The notes beneath the pieces are model-generated. The model saw only the letters and a list, made by a program, of their open reading frames with translations. It ran no database searches and had not been told where the DNA came from. Below are positions 14,101-26,588 of a stretch of 64,000 bases of DNA, piece by piece. Position 1 is the stretch's first letter. The number at the start of each line of letters is the position of its first letter. The translations under genes were made by a program, and so were the position numbers. Origin of the DNA: the human T2T-CHM13v2.0 reference genome, Homo sapiens; the NCBI RefSeq assembly GCF_009914755.1, contig NC_060938.1; one strand, given 5' to 3'.

Positions 14101-15004
14101 ACTCTATGAGTTGAATGCAAACATCGCAAAGACGTTTCTGAGAATGCTTCTGTCTAGATTTGATATGAAGATATTCCCGTTTCCAACGAAATCTTCAAAT
14201 CTATCCAAATGTCCACTTGCAGATTCAACAAAAAGTGTTTTTCAGAACTGCTCTATCAAAAGAAAGATCCACCTCTGTTAGCTGAGTTCACACATCACAA
14301 ATAAGTTTATGAGAATGCTTCTGTCTAGTTTTTATTTGAAGATATTTCCTTTCTCACCATAGAGCTGAAAGCTGTCCTAATGTTCACTTCCAGATACTAC
14401 AGAAAGAGTGTTTCAAAACTGCTGTACGAAAGGGAATGTTCAACTATGTGACTTGAATGCACACATCACAAAGAAGTTTCTGAGGATGCTGCTGTCTACT
14501 TTTTATACGTAATCCCGTTTCCAACGAAATCCTCCAAGCTATCCAAATATCCACTTGCAGATTCCACAGAAAGACTGTTTCAAAACTGCTCTGTCAATAG
14601 AAAGGTTCAACTCTGTTAGCTGCGTGCATATATCCCAAAGAAGATTCTGAGATTGCTTCTGTCTAGTTTTTATGGGAAGATATTTCCCTTTTCACCGTAG
14701 GCGTCAAGGCGCTCCAAATGTCCACTTCCAGATACTACAAAAAGAGTGTTTCAAACCTACTCTGTGAAAGGGAATATTCAACTCTGTGACTTGAATGCAC
14801 ATATCACAAAGAAGTTTCTGAGAATGCTTCTGTCGAGATTTTATATGAAGATATTCCCGTTTCCAACCAAATGCTGAAATCTATCCAAATATCCCCTCGC
14901 AGATTCTACAAAAAGAGTGTTTCAAAACTGCTCTGTGAAAAGAAAGGTTCAACTCTGTTAGTTGAGTACACACATCACAAACAAGTTTCACAGAATGCTT
15001 CTTT
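8185..15004. repeat. Recent local tandem duplication with 2728-bp period, plus an extra H2-like 8-mer
   Basis: Rare SNVs recur at 9425/12153, 9526/12254, 9818/12546/13910 and 10776/13504/14868. Confidence 0.85.
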
Positions 15005-17732
15005 CTAGCTTGTAGGGGAAGATATTCCCTTTATCACCATGGGCCTCCAACCGTCCGAAACATCCACTTCCATATACTACAAAAAGAGCGTTTCAAACCT
15101 GCTCTATGAAAGGCAATGTTCAACTCTGTGACTTGAATGCAGACATCACAGAGCAGTTTCTGAGAATGCTTCTGTCTAGATTTTATAGGAAGATATTCCC
15201 GTTTCCAACGAAATCTTCACAGCTATCCAAATATCCACTTGCAGATTCTACAAAAAGAGTGTATCAAAACTGCTCTGTCAAAAGGAAGGTTCTTCTCTGT
15301 TAGGTGAGTGCATACGTCATAAAGGAGTTTCTGAGAATGTTTCTGTCTAGTGGTTATGGGAAGATATTTGCTTTTTCACCGTAGGCCTCAGAGCGCTCCA
15401 AATATCCACTTGCACATACTACAAAAAGAGTGCTTCAAAGCTGCTCTCTGAAACGGAATGTTCAACTCTATGAGTTGAATGCAAACATCACAAAGACGTT
15501 TCTGAGAATGCTTCTGTCTAGATTTGATATGAAGATATTCCCGTTTCCAACGAAATCTTCAAATCTATCCAAATGTCCACTTGCAGATTCAACAAAAAGT
15601 GTTTTTCAGAACTGCTCTATCAAAAGAAAGATCCACCTCTGTTAGCTGAGTTCACACCTCACAAACAAGTTTATGAGAATGCTTCTGTCTAATTTTTATT
15701 TGAAGATATTTCCTTTCTCACCATAGAGCTGAAAGCTGTCCTAATGTTCACTTCCAGATACTACAGAAAGAGTGTTTCAAAACTGCTGTACGAAAGGGAA
15801 TGTTCAACTCTGTTACTTGAATGCACACATCACAAAGAAGTTTCTGAGGATGCTGCTGTCTACTTTTTATACGTAATCCCGTTTCCAACGAAATCCTCCA
15901 AGCTATCCAAATATCCACTTGCAGATTCCACAGAAAGACTGTTTCAAAACTGCTCTGTCAATAGAAAGGTTCAACTCTGTTAGCTGCGTGCATATATCCC
16001 AAAGAAGATTCTGAGATTGCTTCTGTCTAGTTTTTATGGGAAGATATTTCCCTTTTCACCGTAGGTGTCAAGGCGCTCCAAATGTCCACTTCCAGATACT
16101 ACAAAAAGAGTGTTTCAAACCTACTCTGTGAAAGGGAATATTCAACTCTGTGACTTGAATGCACATATCACAAAGAAGTTTCTGAGAATGCTTCTGTCGA
16201 GATTTTATATGAAGATATTCCCGTTTCCAACGAAATGCTGAAATCTATCCAAATATCCCCTCGCAGATTCTACAAAAAGAGTGTTTCAAAACTGCTCTGT
16301 GAAAAGAAAGGTTCAACTCTGTTAGTTGAGTACACACATCACAAACAAGTTTCACAGAATGCTTCTTTCTAGCTTGTAGGGGAAGATATTCCCTTTATCA
16401 CCATGGGCCTCCAACCGTCCGAAACATCCACTTCCCTATACTACAAAAAGAGCGTTTCAAACCTGCTCTATGAAAGGCAATGTTCAACTCTGTGACTTGA
16501 ATGCAGACATCACAGAGCAGTTTCTGAGAATGCTTCTGTCTAGATTTTATAGGAAGATATTCCCGTTTCCAACGAAATCTTCACAGCTATCCAAATATCC
16601 ACTTGCAGATTCTACAAAAAGAGTGTATCAAAACTGCTCTGTCAAAAGGAAGGTTCTTCTCTGTTAGGTGAGTGCATACGTCATAAAGGAGTTTCTGAGA
16701 ATGTTTCTGTCTAGTGGTTATGGGAAGATATTTGCTTTTTCACCGTAGGCCTCAGAGCGCTCCAAATATCCACTTGCACATACTACAAAAAGAGTGCCTC
16801 AAAGCTGCTCTCTGAAACGGAATGTTCAACTCTATGAGTTGAATGCAAACATCACAAAGACGTTTCTGAGAATGCTTCTGTGTAGATTTGATATGAAGAT
16901 ATTCCCGTTTCCAACGAAATCTTCAAATCTATCCAAATGTCCACTTGCAGATTCAACAAAAAGTGTTTTTCAGAACTGCTCTATCAAAAGAAAGATCCAC
17001 CTCTGTTAGCTGAGTTCACACATCACAAACAAGTTTATGAGAATGCTTCTGTCTAGTTTTTATTTGAAGATATTTCCTTTCTCACCATAGAGCTGAAAGC
17101 TGTCCTAATGTTCACTTCCAGATACTACAGAAAGAGTGTTTCAAAACTGCTGTACGAAAGGGAATGTTCAACTCTGTGACTTGAATGCACACATCACAAA
17201 GAAGTTTCTGAGGATGCTGCTGTCTACTTTTTATACGTAATCCCGTTTCCAACGAAATCCTCCAAGCTATCCAAATATCCACTTGCAGATTCCACAGAAA
17301 GACTGTTTCAAAACTGCTCTGTCAATAGAAAGGTTCAACTCTGTTAGCTGCATGCATATATCCCAAAGAAGATTCTGAGATTGCTTCTGTCTAGTTTTTA
17401 TGGGAAGATATTTCCCTTTTCACCGTAGGCGTCAAGGCGCTCCAAATGTCCACTTCCAGATACTACAAAAAGAGTGTTTCAAACCTACTCTGTGAAAGGG
17501 AATATTCAACTCTGTGACTTGAATGCACATATCACAAGGAAGTTTCTGAGAATGCTTCTGTCGAGATTTTATATGAAGATATTCCCGTTTCCAACGAAAT
17601 CCTGAAATCTATCCAAATATCCCCTCGCAGATTCTACAAAAAGAGTGTTTCAAAACTGCTCTGTAAAAAGAAAGGTTCAACTCTGTTAGTTGAGTACACA
17701 CATCACAAACAAGTTTCACACAATGCTTCTTT

Positions 17733-19434
17733 CTAGCTTGTAGGGGAAGATATTCCCTTTATCACCATGGGCCTCAAACCGTCCGATAAGTCCACTTCCA
17801 TATACTACAAAAAGAGCGTTTCAAACCTGCTCTATGAAAGGCAATGTTCAACTCTGTGACTTGAATGCAGACATCACAGAGCAGTTTCTGAGAATGCTTC
17901 TGTCTAGATTTTATAGGAAGATATTCCCGTTTCCAACGAAATCTTCACAGCTATCCAAATATCCACTTGCAGATTCTACAAAAAGAGTGTATCAAAACTG
18001 CTCTGTCAAAAGGAAGGTTCTTTTCTGTTAGGTGAGTGCATACGTCATAAAGGAGTTTCTGAGAATGTTTCTGTCTAGTGGTTATGGGAAGATATTTGCT
18101 TTTTCACCGTAGGCCTCAGAGCGCTCCAAATATCCACTTGCACATACTACAAAAAGAGTGCCTCAAAGCTGCTCTCTGAAACGGAATGTTCAACTCTATG
18201 AGTTGAATGCAAACATCGCAAAGACGTTTCTGAGAATGCTTCTGTCTAGATTTGATATGAAGATATTCCCGTTTCCAACGAAATCTTCAAATCTATCCAA
18301 ATGTCCACTTGCAGATTCAACAAAAAGTGTTTTTCAGAACTGCTCTATCAAAAGAAAGATCCACCTCTGTTAGCTGAGTTCACACAACACAAACAAGTTT
18401 ATGAGAATGCTTCTGTCTAGTTTTTATTTGAAGATATTTCCTTTCTCACCATAGAGCTGAAAGCTGTCCTAATGTTCACTTCCAGATACTACAGAAAGAG
18501 TGTTTCAAAACTGCTGTACGAAAGGGAATGTTCAACTCTGTGACTTGAATGCACACATCACAAAGAAGTTTCTGAGGATGCTGCTGTCTACTTTTTATAC
18601 GTAATCCCGTTTCCAACGAAATCCTCCAAGCTATCCAAATATCCACTTGCAGATTCCACAGAAAGACTGTTTCAAAACTGCTCTGTCAATAGAAAGGTTC
18701 AACTCTGTTAGCTGCGTGCATATATCCCAAAGAAGATTCTGAGATTGCTTCTGTCTAGTTTTTATGGGAAGATATTTCCCTCTTCACCGTAGGTGTCAAG
18801 GCGCTCCAAATGTCCACTTCCAGATACTACAAAAAGAGTGTTTCAAACCTACTCTGTGAAAGGGAATATTCAACTCTGTGACTTGAATGCACACATCACA
18901 AAGAAGTTTCTGAGGATGCTGCTGTCTACTTTTTATACGTAATCCCGTTTCCAACGAAATCCTCCAAGCTATCCAAATATCCACTTGCAGATTCCACAGA
19001 AAGACTGTTTCAAAACTGCTCTGTCAATAGAAAGGTTCAACTCTGTTAGCTGCATGCATATATCCCAAAGAAGATTCTGAGATTGCTTCTGTCTAGTTTT
19101 TATGGGAAGATATTTCCCTTTTCACCGTAGGCGTCAAGGCGCTCCAAATGTCCACTTCCAGATACTACAAAAAGAGTGTTTCAAACCTACTCTGTGAAAG
19201 GGAATATTCAACTCTGTGACTTGAATGCACATATCACAAGGAAGTTTCTGAGAATGCTTCTGTCGAGATTTTATATGAAGATATTCCCGTTTCCAACGAA
19301 ATCCTGAAATCTATCCAAATATCCCCTTGCAGATTCTACAAAAAGAGTGTTTCAAAACTGCTCTGTAAAAAGAAAGGTTCAACTCTGTTAGTTGAGTACA
19401 CACATCACAAACAAGTTTCACACAATGCTTCTTT
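17733..19434 (-). repeat. 10-mer structural HOR variant (1702 bp) with hybrid monomer
   Basis: Anchor spacing 17834 to 19536 = 1702 = 1364 + 338. Junction lies within 18869-18893. Confidence 0.96.
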
Positions 19435-22162
19435 CTAGCTTGTAGGGGAAGATATTCCCTTTATCACCATGGGCCTCAAACCGTCCGATAAGTCCACTTC
19501 CATATACTACAAAAAGAGCGTTTCAAACCTGCTCTATGAAAGGCAATGTTCAACTCTGTGACTTGAATGCAGACATCACAGAGCAGTTTCTGAGAATGCT
19601 TCTGTCTAGATTTTATAGGAAGATATTCCCGTTTCCAACGAAATCTTCACAGCTATCCAAATATCCACTTGCAGATTCTACAAAAAGAGTGTATCAAAAC
19701 TGCTCTGTCAAAAGGAAGGTTCTTTTCTGTTAGGTGAGTGCATACGTCATAAAGGAGTTTCTGAGAATGTTTCTGTCTAGTGGTTATGGGAAGATATTTG
19801 CTTTTTCACCGTAGGCCTCAGAGCGCTCCAAATATCCACTTGCACATACTACAAAAAGAGTGCCTCAAAGCTGCTCTCTGAAACGGAATGTTCAACTCTA
19901 TGAGTTGAATGCAAACATCGCAAAGACGTTTCTGAGAATGCTTCTGTCTAGATTTGATATGAAGATATTCCCGTTTCCAACGAAATCTTCAAATCTATCC
20001 AAATGTCCACTTGCAGATTCAACAAAAAGTGTTTTTCAGAACTGCTCTATCAAAAGAAAGATCCACCTCTGTTAGCTGAGTTCACACATCACAAACAAGT
20101 TTATGAGAATGCTTCTGTCTAGTTTTTATTTGAAGATATTTCCTTTCTCACCATAGAGCTGAAAGCTGTCCTAATGTTCACTTCCAGATACTACAGAAAG
20201 AGTGTTTCAAAACTGCTGTACGAAAGGGAATGTTCAACTCTGTGACTTGAATGCACACATCACAAAGAAGTTTCTGAGGATGCTGCTGTCTACTTTTTAT
20301 ACGTAATCCCGTTTCCAACGAAATCCTCCAAGCTATCCAAATATCCACTTGCAGATTCCACAGAAAGACTGTTTCAAAACTGCTCTGTCAATAGAAAGGT
20401 TCAACTCTGTTAGCTGCGTGCATATATCCCAAAGAAGATTCTGAGATTGCTTCTGTCTAGTTTTTATGGGAAGATATTTCCCTTTTCACCGTAGGTGTCA
20501 AGGCGCTCCAAATGTCCACTTCCAGATACTACAAAAAGAGTGTTTCAAACCTACTCTGTGAAAGGGAATATTCAACTCTGTGACTTGAATGCACATATCA
20601 CAAAGAAGTTTCTGAGAATGCTTCTGTCGAGATTTTATATGAAGATATTCCCGTTTCCAACGAAATGCTGAAATCTATCCAAATATCCCCTCGCAGATTC
20701 TACAAAAAGAGTGTTTCAAAACTGCTCTGTGAAAAGAAAGGTTCAACTCTGTTAGTTGAGTACACACATCACAAACAAGTTTCACAGAATGCTTCTTTCT
20801 AGCTTGTAGGGGAAGATATTCCCTTTATCACCATGGGCCTCCAACCGTCCGAAACATCCACTTCCCTATACTACAAAAAGAGCGTTTCAAACCTGCTCTA
20901 TGAAAGGCAATGTTCAACTCTGTGACTTGAATGCAGACATCACAGAGCAGTTTCTGAGAATGCTTCTGTCTAGATTTTATAGGAAGATATTCCCGTTTCC
21001 AACGAAATCTTCACAGCTATCCAAATATCCACTTGCAGATTCTACAAAAAGAGTGTATCAAAACTGCTCTGTCAAAAGGAAGGTTCTTCTCTGTTAGGTG
21101 AGTGCATACGTCATAAAGGAGTTTCTGAGAATGTTTCTGTCTAGTGGTTATGGGAAGATATTTGCTTTTTCACCGTAGGCCTCAGAGCGCTCCAAATATC
21201 CACTTGCACATACTACAAAAAGAGTGCCTCAAAGCTGCTCTCTGAAACGGAATGTTCAACTCTATGAGTTGAATGCAAACATCACAAAGACGTTTCTGAG
21301 AATGCTTCTGTGTAGATTTGATATGAAGATATTCCCGTTTCCAACGAAATCTTCAAATCTATCCAAATGTCCACTTGCAGATTCAACAAAAAGTGTTTTT
21401 CAGAACTGCTCTATCAAAAGAAAGATCCACCTCTGTTAGCTGAGTTCACACATCACAAACAAGTTTATGAGAATGCTTCTGTCTAGTTTTTATTTGAAGA
21501 TATTTCCTTTCTCACCATAGAGCTGAAAGCTGTCCTAATGTTCACTTCCAGATACTACAGAAAGAGTGTTTCAAAACTGCTGTACGAAAGGGAATGTTCA
21601 ACTCTGTGACTTGAATGCACACATCACAAAGAAGTTTCTGAGGATGCTGCTGTCTACTTTTTATACGTAATCCCGTTTCCAACGAAATCCTCCAAGCTAT
21701 CCAAATATCCACTTGCAGATTCCACAGAAAGACTGTTTCAAAACTGCTCTGTCAATAGAAAGGTTCAACTCTGTTAGCTGCATGCATATATCCCAAAGAA
21801 GATTCTGAGATTGCTTCTGTCTAGTTTTTATGGGAAGATATTTCCCTTTTCACCGTAGGCGTCAAGGCGCTCCAAATGTCCACTTCCAGATACTACAAAA
21901 AGAGTGTTTCAAACCTACTCTGTGAAAGGGAATATTCAACTCTGTGACTTGAATGCACATATCACAAGGAAGTTTCTGAGAATGCTTCTGTCGAGATTTT
22001 ATATGAAGATATTCCCGTTTCCAACGAAATCCTGAAATCTATCCAAATATCCCCTCGCAGATTCTACAAAAAGAGTGTTTCAAAACTGCTCTGTAAAAAG
22101 AAAGGTTCAACTCTGTTAGTTGAGTACACACATCACAAACAAGTTTCACACAATGCTTCTTT

Positions 22163-23864
22163 CTAGCTTGTAGGGGAAGATATTCCCTTTATCACCATGG
22201 GCCTCAAACCGTCCGATAAGTCCACTTCCATATACTACAAAAAGAGCGTTTCAAACCTGCTCTATGAAAGGCAATGTTCAACTCTGTGACTTGAATGCAG
22301 ACATCACAGAGCAGTTTCTGAGAATGCTTCTGTCTAGATTTTATAGGAAGATATTCCCGTTTCCAACGAAATCTTCACAGCTATCCAAATATCCACTTGC
22401 AGATTCTACAAAAAGAGTGTATCAAAACTGCTCTGTCAAAAGGAAGGTTCTTTTCTGTTAGGTGAGTGCATACGTCATAAAGGAGTTTCTGAGAATGTTT
22501 CTGTCTAGTGGTTATGGGAAGATATTTGCTTTTTCACCGTAGGCCTCAGAGCGCTCCAAATATCCACTTGCACAAACTACAAAAAGAGTGCCTCAAAGCT
22601 GCTCTCTGAAACGGAATGTTCAACTCTATGAGTTGAATGCAAACATCACAAAGACGTTTCTGAGAATGCTTCTGTCTAGATTTGATATGAAGATATTCCC
22701 GTTTCCAACGAAATCTTCAAATCTATCCAAATGTCCACTTGCAGATTCAACAAAAAGTGTTTTTCAGAACTGCTCTATCAAAAGAAAGATCCACCTCTGT
22801 TAGCTGAGTTCACACAACACAAACAAGTTTATGAGAATGCTTCTGTCTAGTTTTTATTTGAAGATATTTCCTTTCTCACCATAGAGCTGAAAGCTGTCCT
22901 AATGTTCACTTCCAGATACTACAGAAAGAGTGTTTCAAAACTGCTGTACGAAAGGGAATGTTCAACTCTGTGACTTGAATGCACACATCACAAAGAAGTT
23001 TCTGAGGATGCTGCTGTCTACTTTTTATACGTAATCCCGTTTCCAACGAAATCCTCCAAGCTATCCAAATATCCACTTGCAGATTCCACAGAAAGACTGT
23101 TTCAAAACTGCTCTGTCAATAGAAAGGTTCAACTCTGTTAGCTGCGTGCATATATCCCAAAGAAGATTCTGAGATTGCTTCTGTCTAGTTTTTATGGGAA
23201 GATATTTCCCTCTTCACCGTAGGTGTCAAGGCGCTCCAAATGTCCACTTCCAGATACTACAAAAAGAGTGTTTCAAACCTACTCTGTGAAAGGGAATATT
23301 CAACTCTGTGACTTGAATGCACACATCACAAAGAAGTTTCTGAGGATGCTGCTGTCTACTTTTTATACGTAATCCCGTTTCCAACGAAATCCTCCAAGCT
23401 ATCCAAATATCCACTTGCAGATTCCACAGAAAGACTGTTTCAAAACTGCTCTGTCAATAGAAAGGTTCAACTCTGTTAGCTGCATGCATATATCCCAAAG
23501 AAGATTCTGAGATTGCTTCTGTCTAGTTTTTATGGGAAGATATTTCCCTTTTCACCGTAGGCGTCAAGGCGCTCCAAATGTCCACTTCCAGATACTACAA
23601 AAAGAGTGTTTCAAACCTACTCTGTGAAAGGGAATATTCAACTCTGTGACTTGAATGCACATATCACAAGGAAGTTTCTGAGAATGCTTCTGTCGAGATT
23701 TTATATGAAGATATTCCCGTTTCCAACGAAATCCTGAAATCTATCCAAATATCCCCTTGCAGATTCTACAAAAAGAGTGTTTCAAAACTGCTCTGTAAAA
23801 AGAAAGGTTCAACTCTGTTAGTTGAGTACACACATCACAAACAAGTTTCACACAATGCTTCTTT
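22163..23864 (-). repeat. 10-mer structural HOR variant (1702 bp)
   Basis: Anchor spacing 22264 to 23966. Junction lies within 23299-23323. Confidence 0.96.
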
Positions 23865-25228
23865 CTAGCTTGTAGGGGAAGATATTCCCTTTATCACCAT
23901 GGGCCTCAAACCGTCCGATAAGTCCACTTCCATATACTACAAAAAGAGCGTTTCAAACCTGCTCTATGAAAGGCAATGTTCAACTCTGTGACTTGAATGC
24001 AGACATCACAGAGCAGTTTCTGAGAATGCTTCTGTCTAGATTTTATAGGAAGATATTCCCGTTTCCAACGAAATCTTCACAGCTATCCAAATATCCACTT
24101 GCAGATTCTACAAAAAGAGTGTATCAAAACTGCTCTGTCAAAAGGAAGGTTCTTTTCTGTTAGGTGAGTGCATACGTCATAAAGGAGTTTCTGAGAATGT
24201 TTCTGTCTAGTGGTTATGGGAAGATATTTGCTTTTTCACCGTAGGCCTCAGAGCGCTCCAAATATCCACTTGCACATACTACAAAAAGAGTGCCTCAAAG
24301 CTGCTCTCTGAAACGGAATGTTCAACTCTATGAGTTGAATGCAAACATCGCAAAGACGTTTCTGAGAATGCTTCTGTCTAGATTTGATATGAAGATATTC
24401 CCGTTTCCAACGAAATCTTCAAATCTATCCAAATGTCCACTTGCAGATTCAACAAAAAGTGTTTTTCAGAACTGCTCTATCAAAAGAAAGATCCACCTCT
24501 GTTAGCTGAGTTCACACATCACAAACAAGTTTATGAGAATGCTTCTGTCTAGTTTTTATTTGAAGATATTTCCTTTCTCACCATAGAGCTGAAAGCTGTC
24601 CTAATGTTCACTTCCAGATACTACAGAAAGAGTGTTTCAAAACTGCTGTACGAAAGGGAATGTTCAACTATGTGACTTGAATGCACACATCACAAAGAAG
24701 TTTCTGAGGATGCTGCTGTCTACTTTTTATACGTAATCCCGTTTCCAACGAAATCCTCCAAGCTATCCAAATATCCACTTGCAGATTCCACAGAAAGACT
24801 GTTTCAAAACTGCTCTGTCAATAGAAAGGTTCAACTCTGTTAGCTGCGTGCATATATCCCAAAGAAGATTCTGAGATTGCTTCTGTCTAGTTTTTATGGG
24901 AAGATATTTCCCTTTTCACCGTAGGCGTCAAGGCGCTCCAAATGTCCACTTCCAGATACTACAAAAAGAGTGTTTCAAACCTACTCTGTGAAAGGGAATA
25001 TTCAACTCTGTGACTTGAATGCACATATCACAAAGAAGTTTCTGAGAATGCTTCTGTCGAGATTTTACATGAAGATATTCCCGTTTCCAACCAAATGCTG
25101 AAATCTATCCAAATATCCCCTCGCAGATTCTACAAAAAGAGTGTTTCAAAACTGCTCTGTGAAAAGAAAGGTTCAACTCTGTTAGTTGAGTACACACATC
25201 ACAAACAAGTTTCACAGAATGCTTCTTT

Positions 25229-26588
25229 CTAGCTTGTAGGGGAAGATATTCCCTTTATCACCATGGGCCTCCAACCGTCCGAAACATCCACTTCCATATA
25301 CTACAAAAAGAGCGTTTCAAACCTGCTCTATGAAAGGCAATGTTCAACTCTGTGACTTGAATGCAGACATCACAGAGCAGTTTCTGAGAATGCTTCTGTC
25401 TAGATTTTATAGGAAGATATTCCCGTTTCCAACGAAATCTTCACAGCTATCCAAATATCCACTTGCAGATTCTACAAAAAGAGTGTATCAAAACTGCTCT
25501 GTCAAAAGGAAGGTTCTTCTCTGTTAGGTGAGTGCATACGTCATAAAGGAGTTTCTGAGAATGTTTCTGTCTAGTGGTTATGGGAAGATATTTGCTTTTT
25601 CACCGTAGGCCTCAGAGCGCTCCAAATATCCACTTGCACATACTACAAAAAGAGTGCCTCAAAGCTGCTCTCTGAAACGGAATGTTCAACTCTATGAGTT
25701 GAATGCAAACATCACAAAGACGTTTCTGAGAATGCTTCTGTGTAGATTTGATATGAAGATATTCCCGTTTCCAACGAAATCTTCAAATCTATCCAAATGT
25801 CCACTTGCAGATTCAACAAAAAGTGTTTTTCAGAACTGCTCTATCAAAAGAAAGATCCACCTCTGTTAGCTGAGTTCACACATCACAAACAAGTTTATGA
25901 GAATGCTTCTGTCTAGTTTTTATTTGAAGATATTTCCTTTCTCACCATAGAGCTGAAAGCTGTCCTAATGTTCACTTCCAGATACTACAGAGTGTTTCAA
26001 AACTGCTGTACGAAAGGGAATGTTCAACTCTGTGACTTGAATGCACACATCACAAAGAAGTTTCTGAGGATGCTGCTGTCTACTTTTTATACGTAATCCC
26101 GTTTCCAACGAAATCCTCCCAGCTATCCAAATATCCACTTGCAGATTCCACAGAAAGACTGTTTCAAAACTGCTCTGTCAATAGAAAGGTTCAACTCTGT
26201 TAGCTGCATGCATATATCCCAAAGAAGATTCTGAGATTGCTTCTGTCTAGTTTTTATGGGAAGATATTTCCCTTTTCACCGTAGGCGTCAAGGCGCTCCA
26301 AATGTCCACTTCCAGATACTACAAAAAGAGTGTTTCAAACCTACTCTGTGAAAGGGAATATTCAACTCTGTGACTTGAATGCACATATCACAAGGAAGTT
26401 TCTGAGAATGCTTCTGTCGAGATTTTATATGAAGATATTCCCGGTTCCAACGAAATCCTGAAATCTATCCAAATATCCCCTCGCAGATTCTACAAAAAGA
26501 GTGTTTCAAAACTGCTCTGTAAAAAGAAAGGTTCAACTCTGTTAGTTGAGTACACACATCACAAACAAGTTTCACACAATGCTTCTTT
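25229..26588 (-). repeat. 8-mer HOR with a 4-bp deletion (1360 bp)
   Basis: gatactacag|agtgttt at about 25990, versus gatactacagaaagagtgttt in other copies. Anchor spacing 25330 to 26690 = 1360. Confidence 0.95.

Larger units (their letters stand above)
16369..26588. repeat. 4430-bp (8+10+8 = 26-mer) super-repeat, about 2.3 copies
   Basis: Rare SNVs recur at 16436/20866, 16882/21312/25742, 18387/22817 and 18782/23212. Confidence 0.88.
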
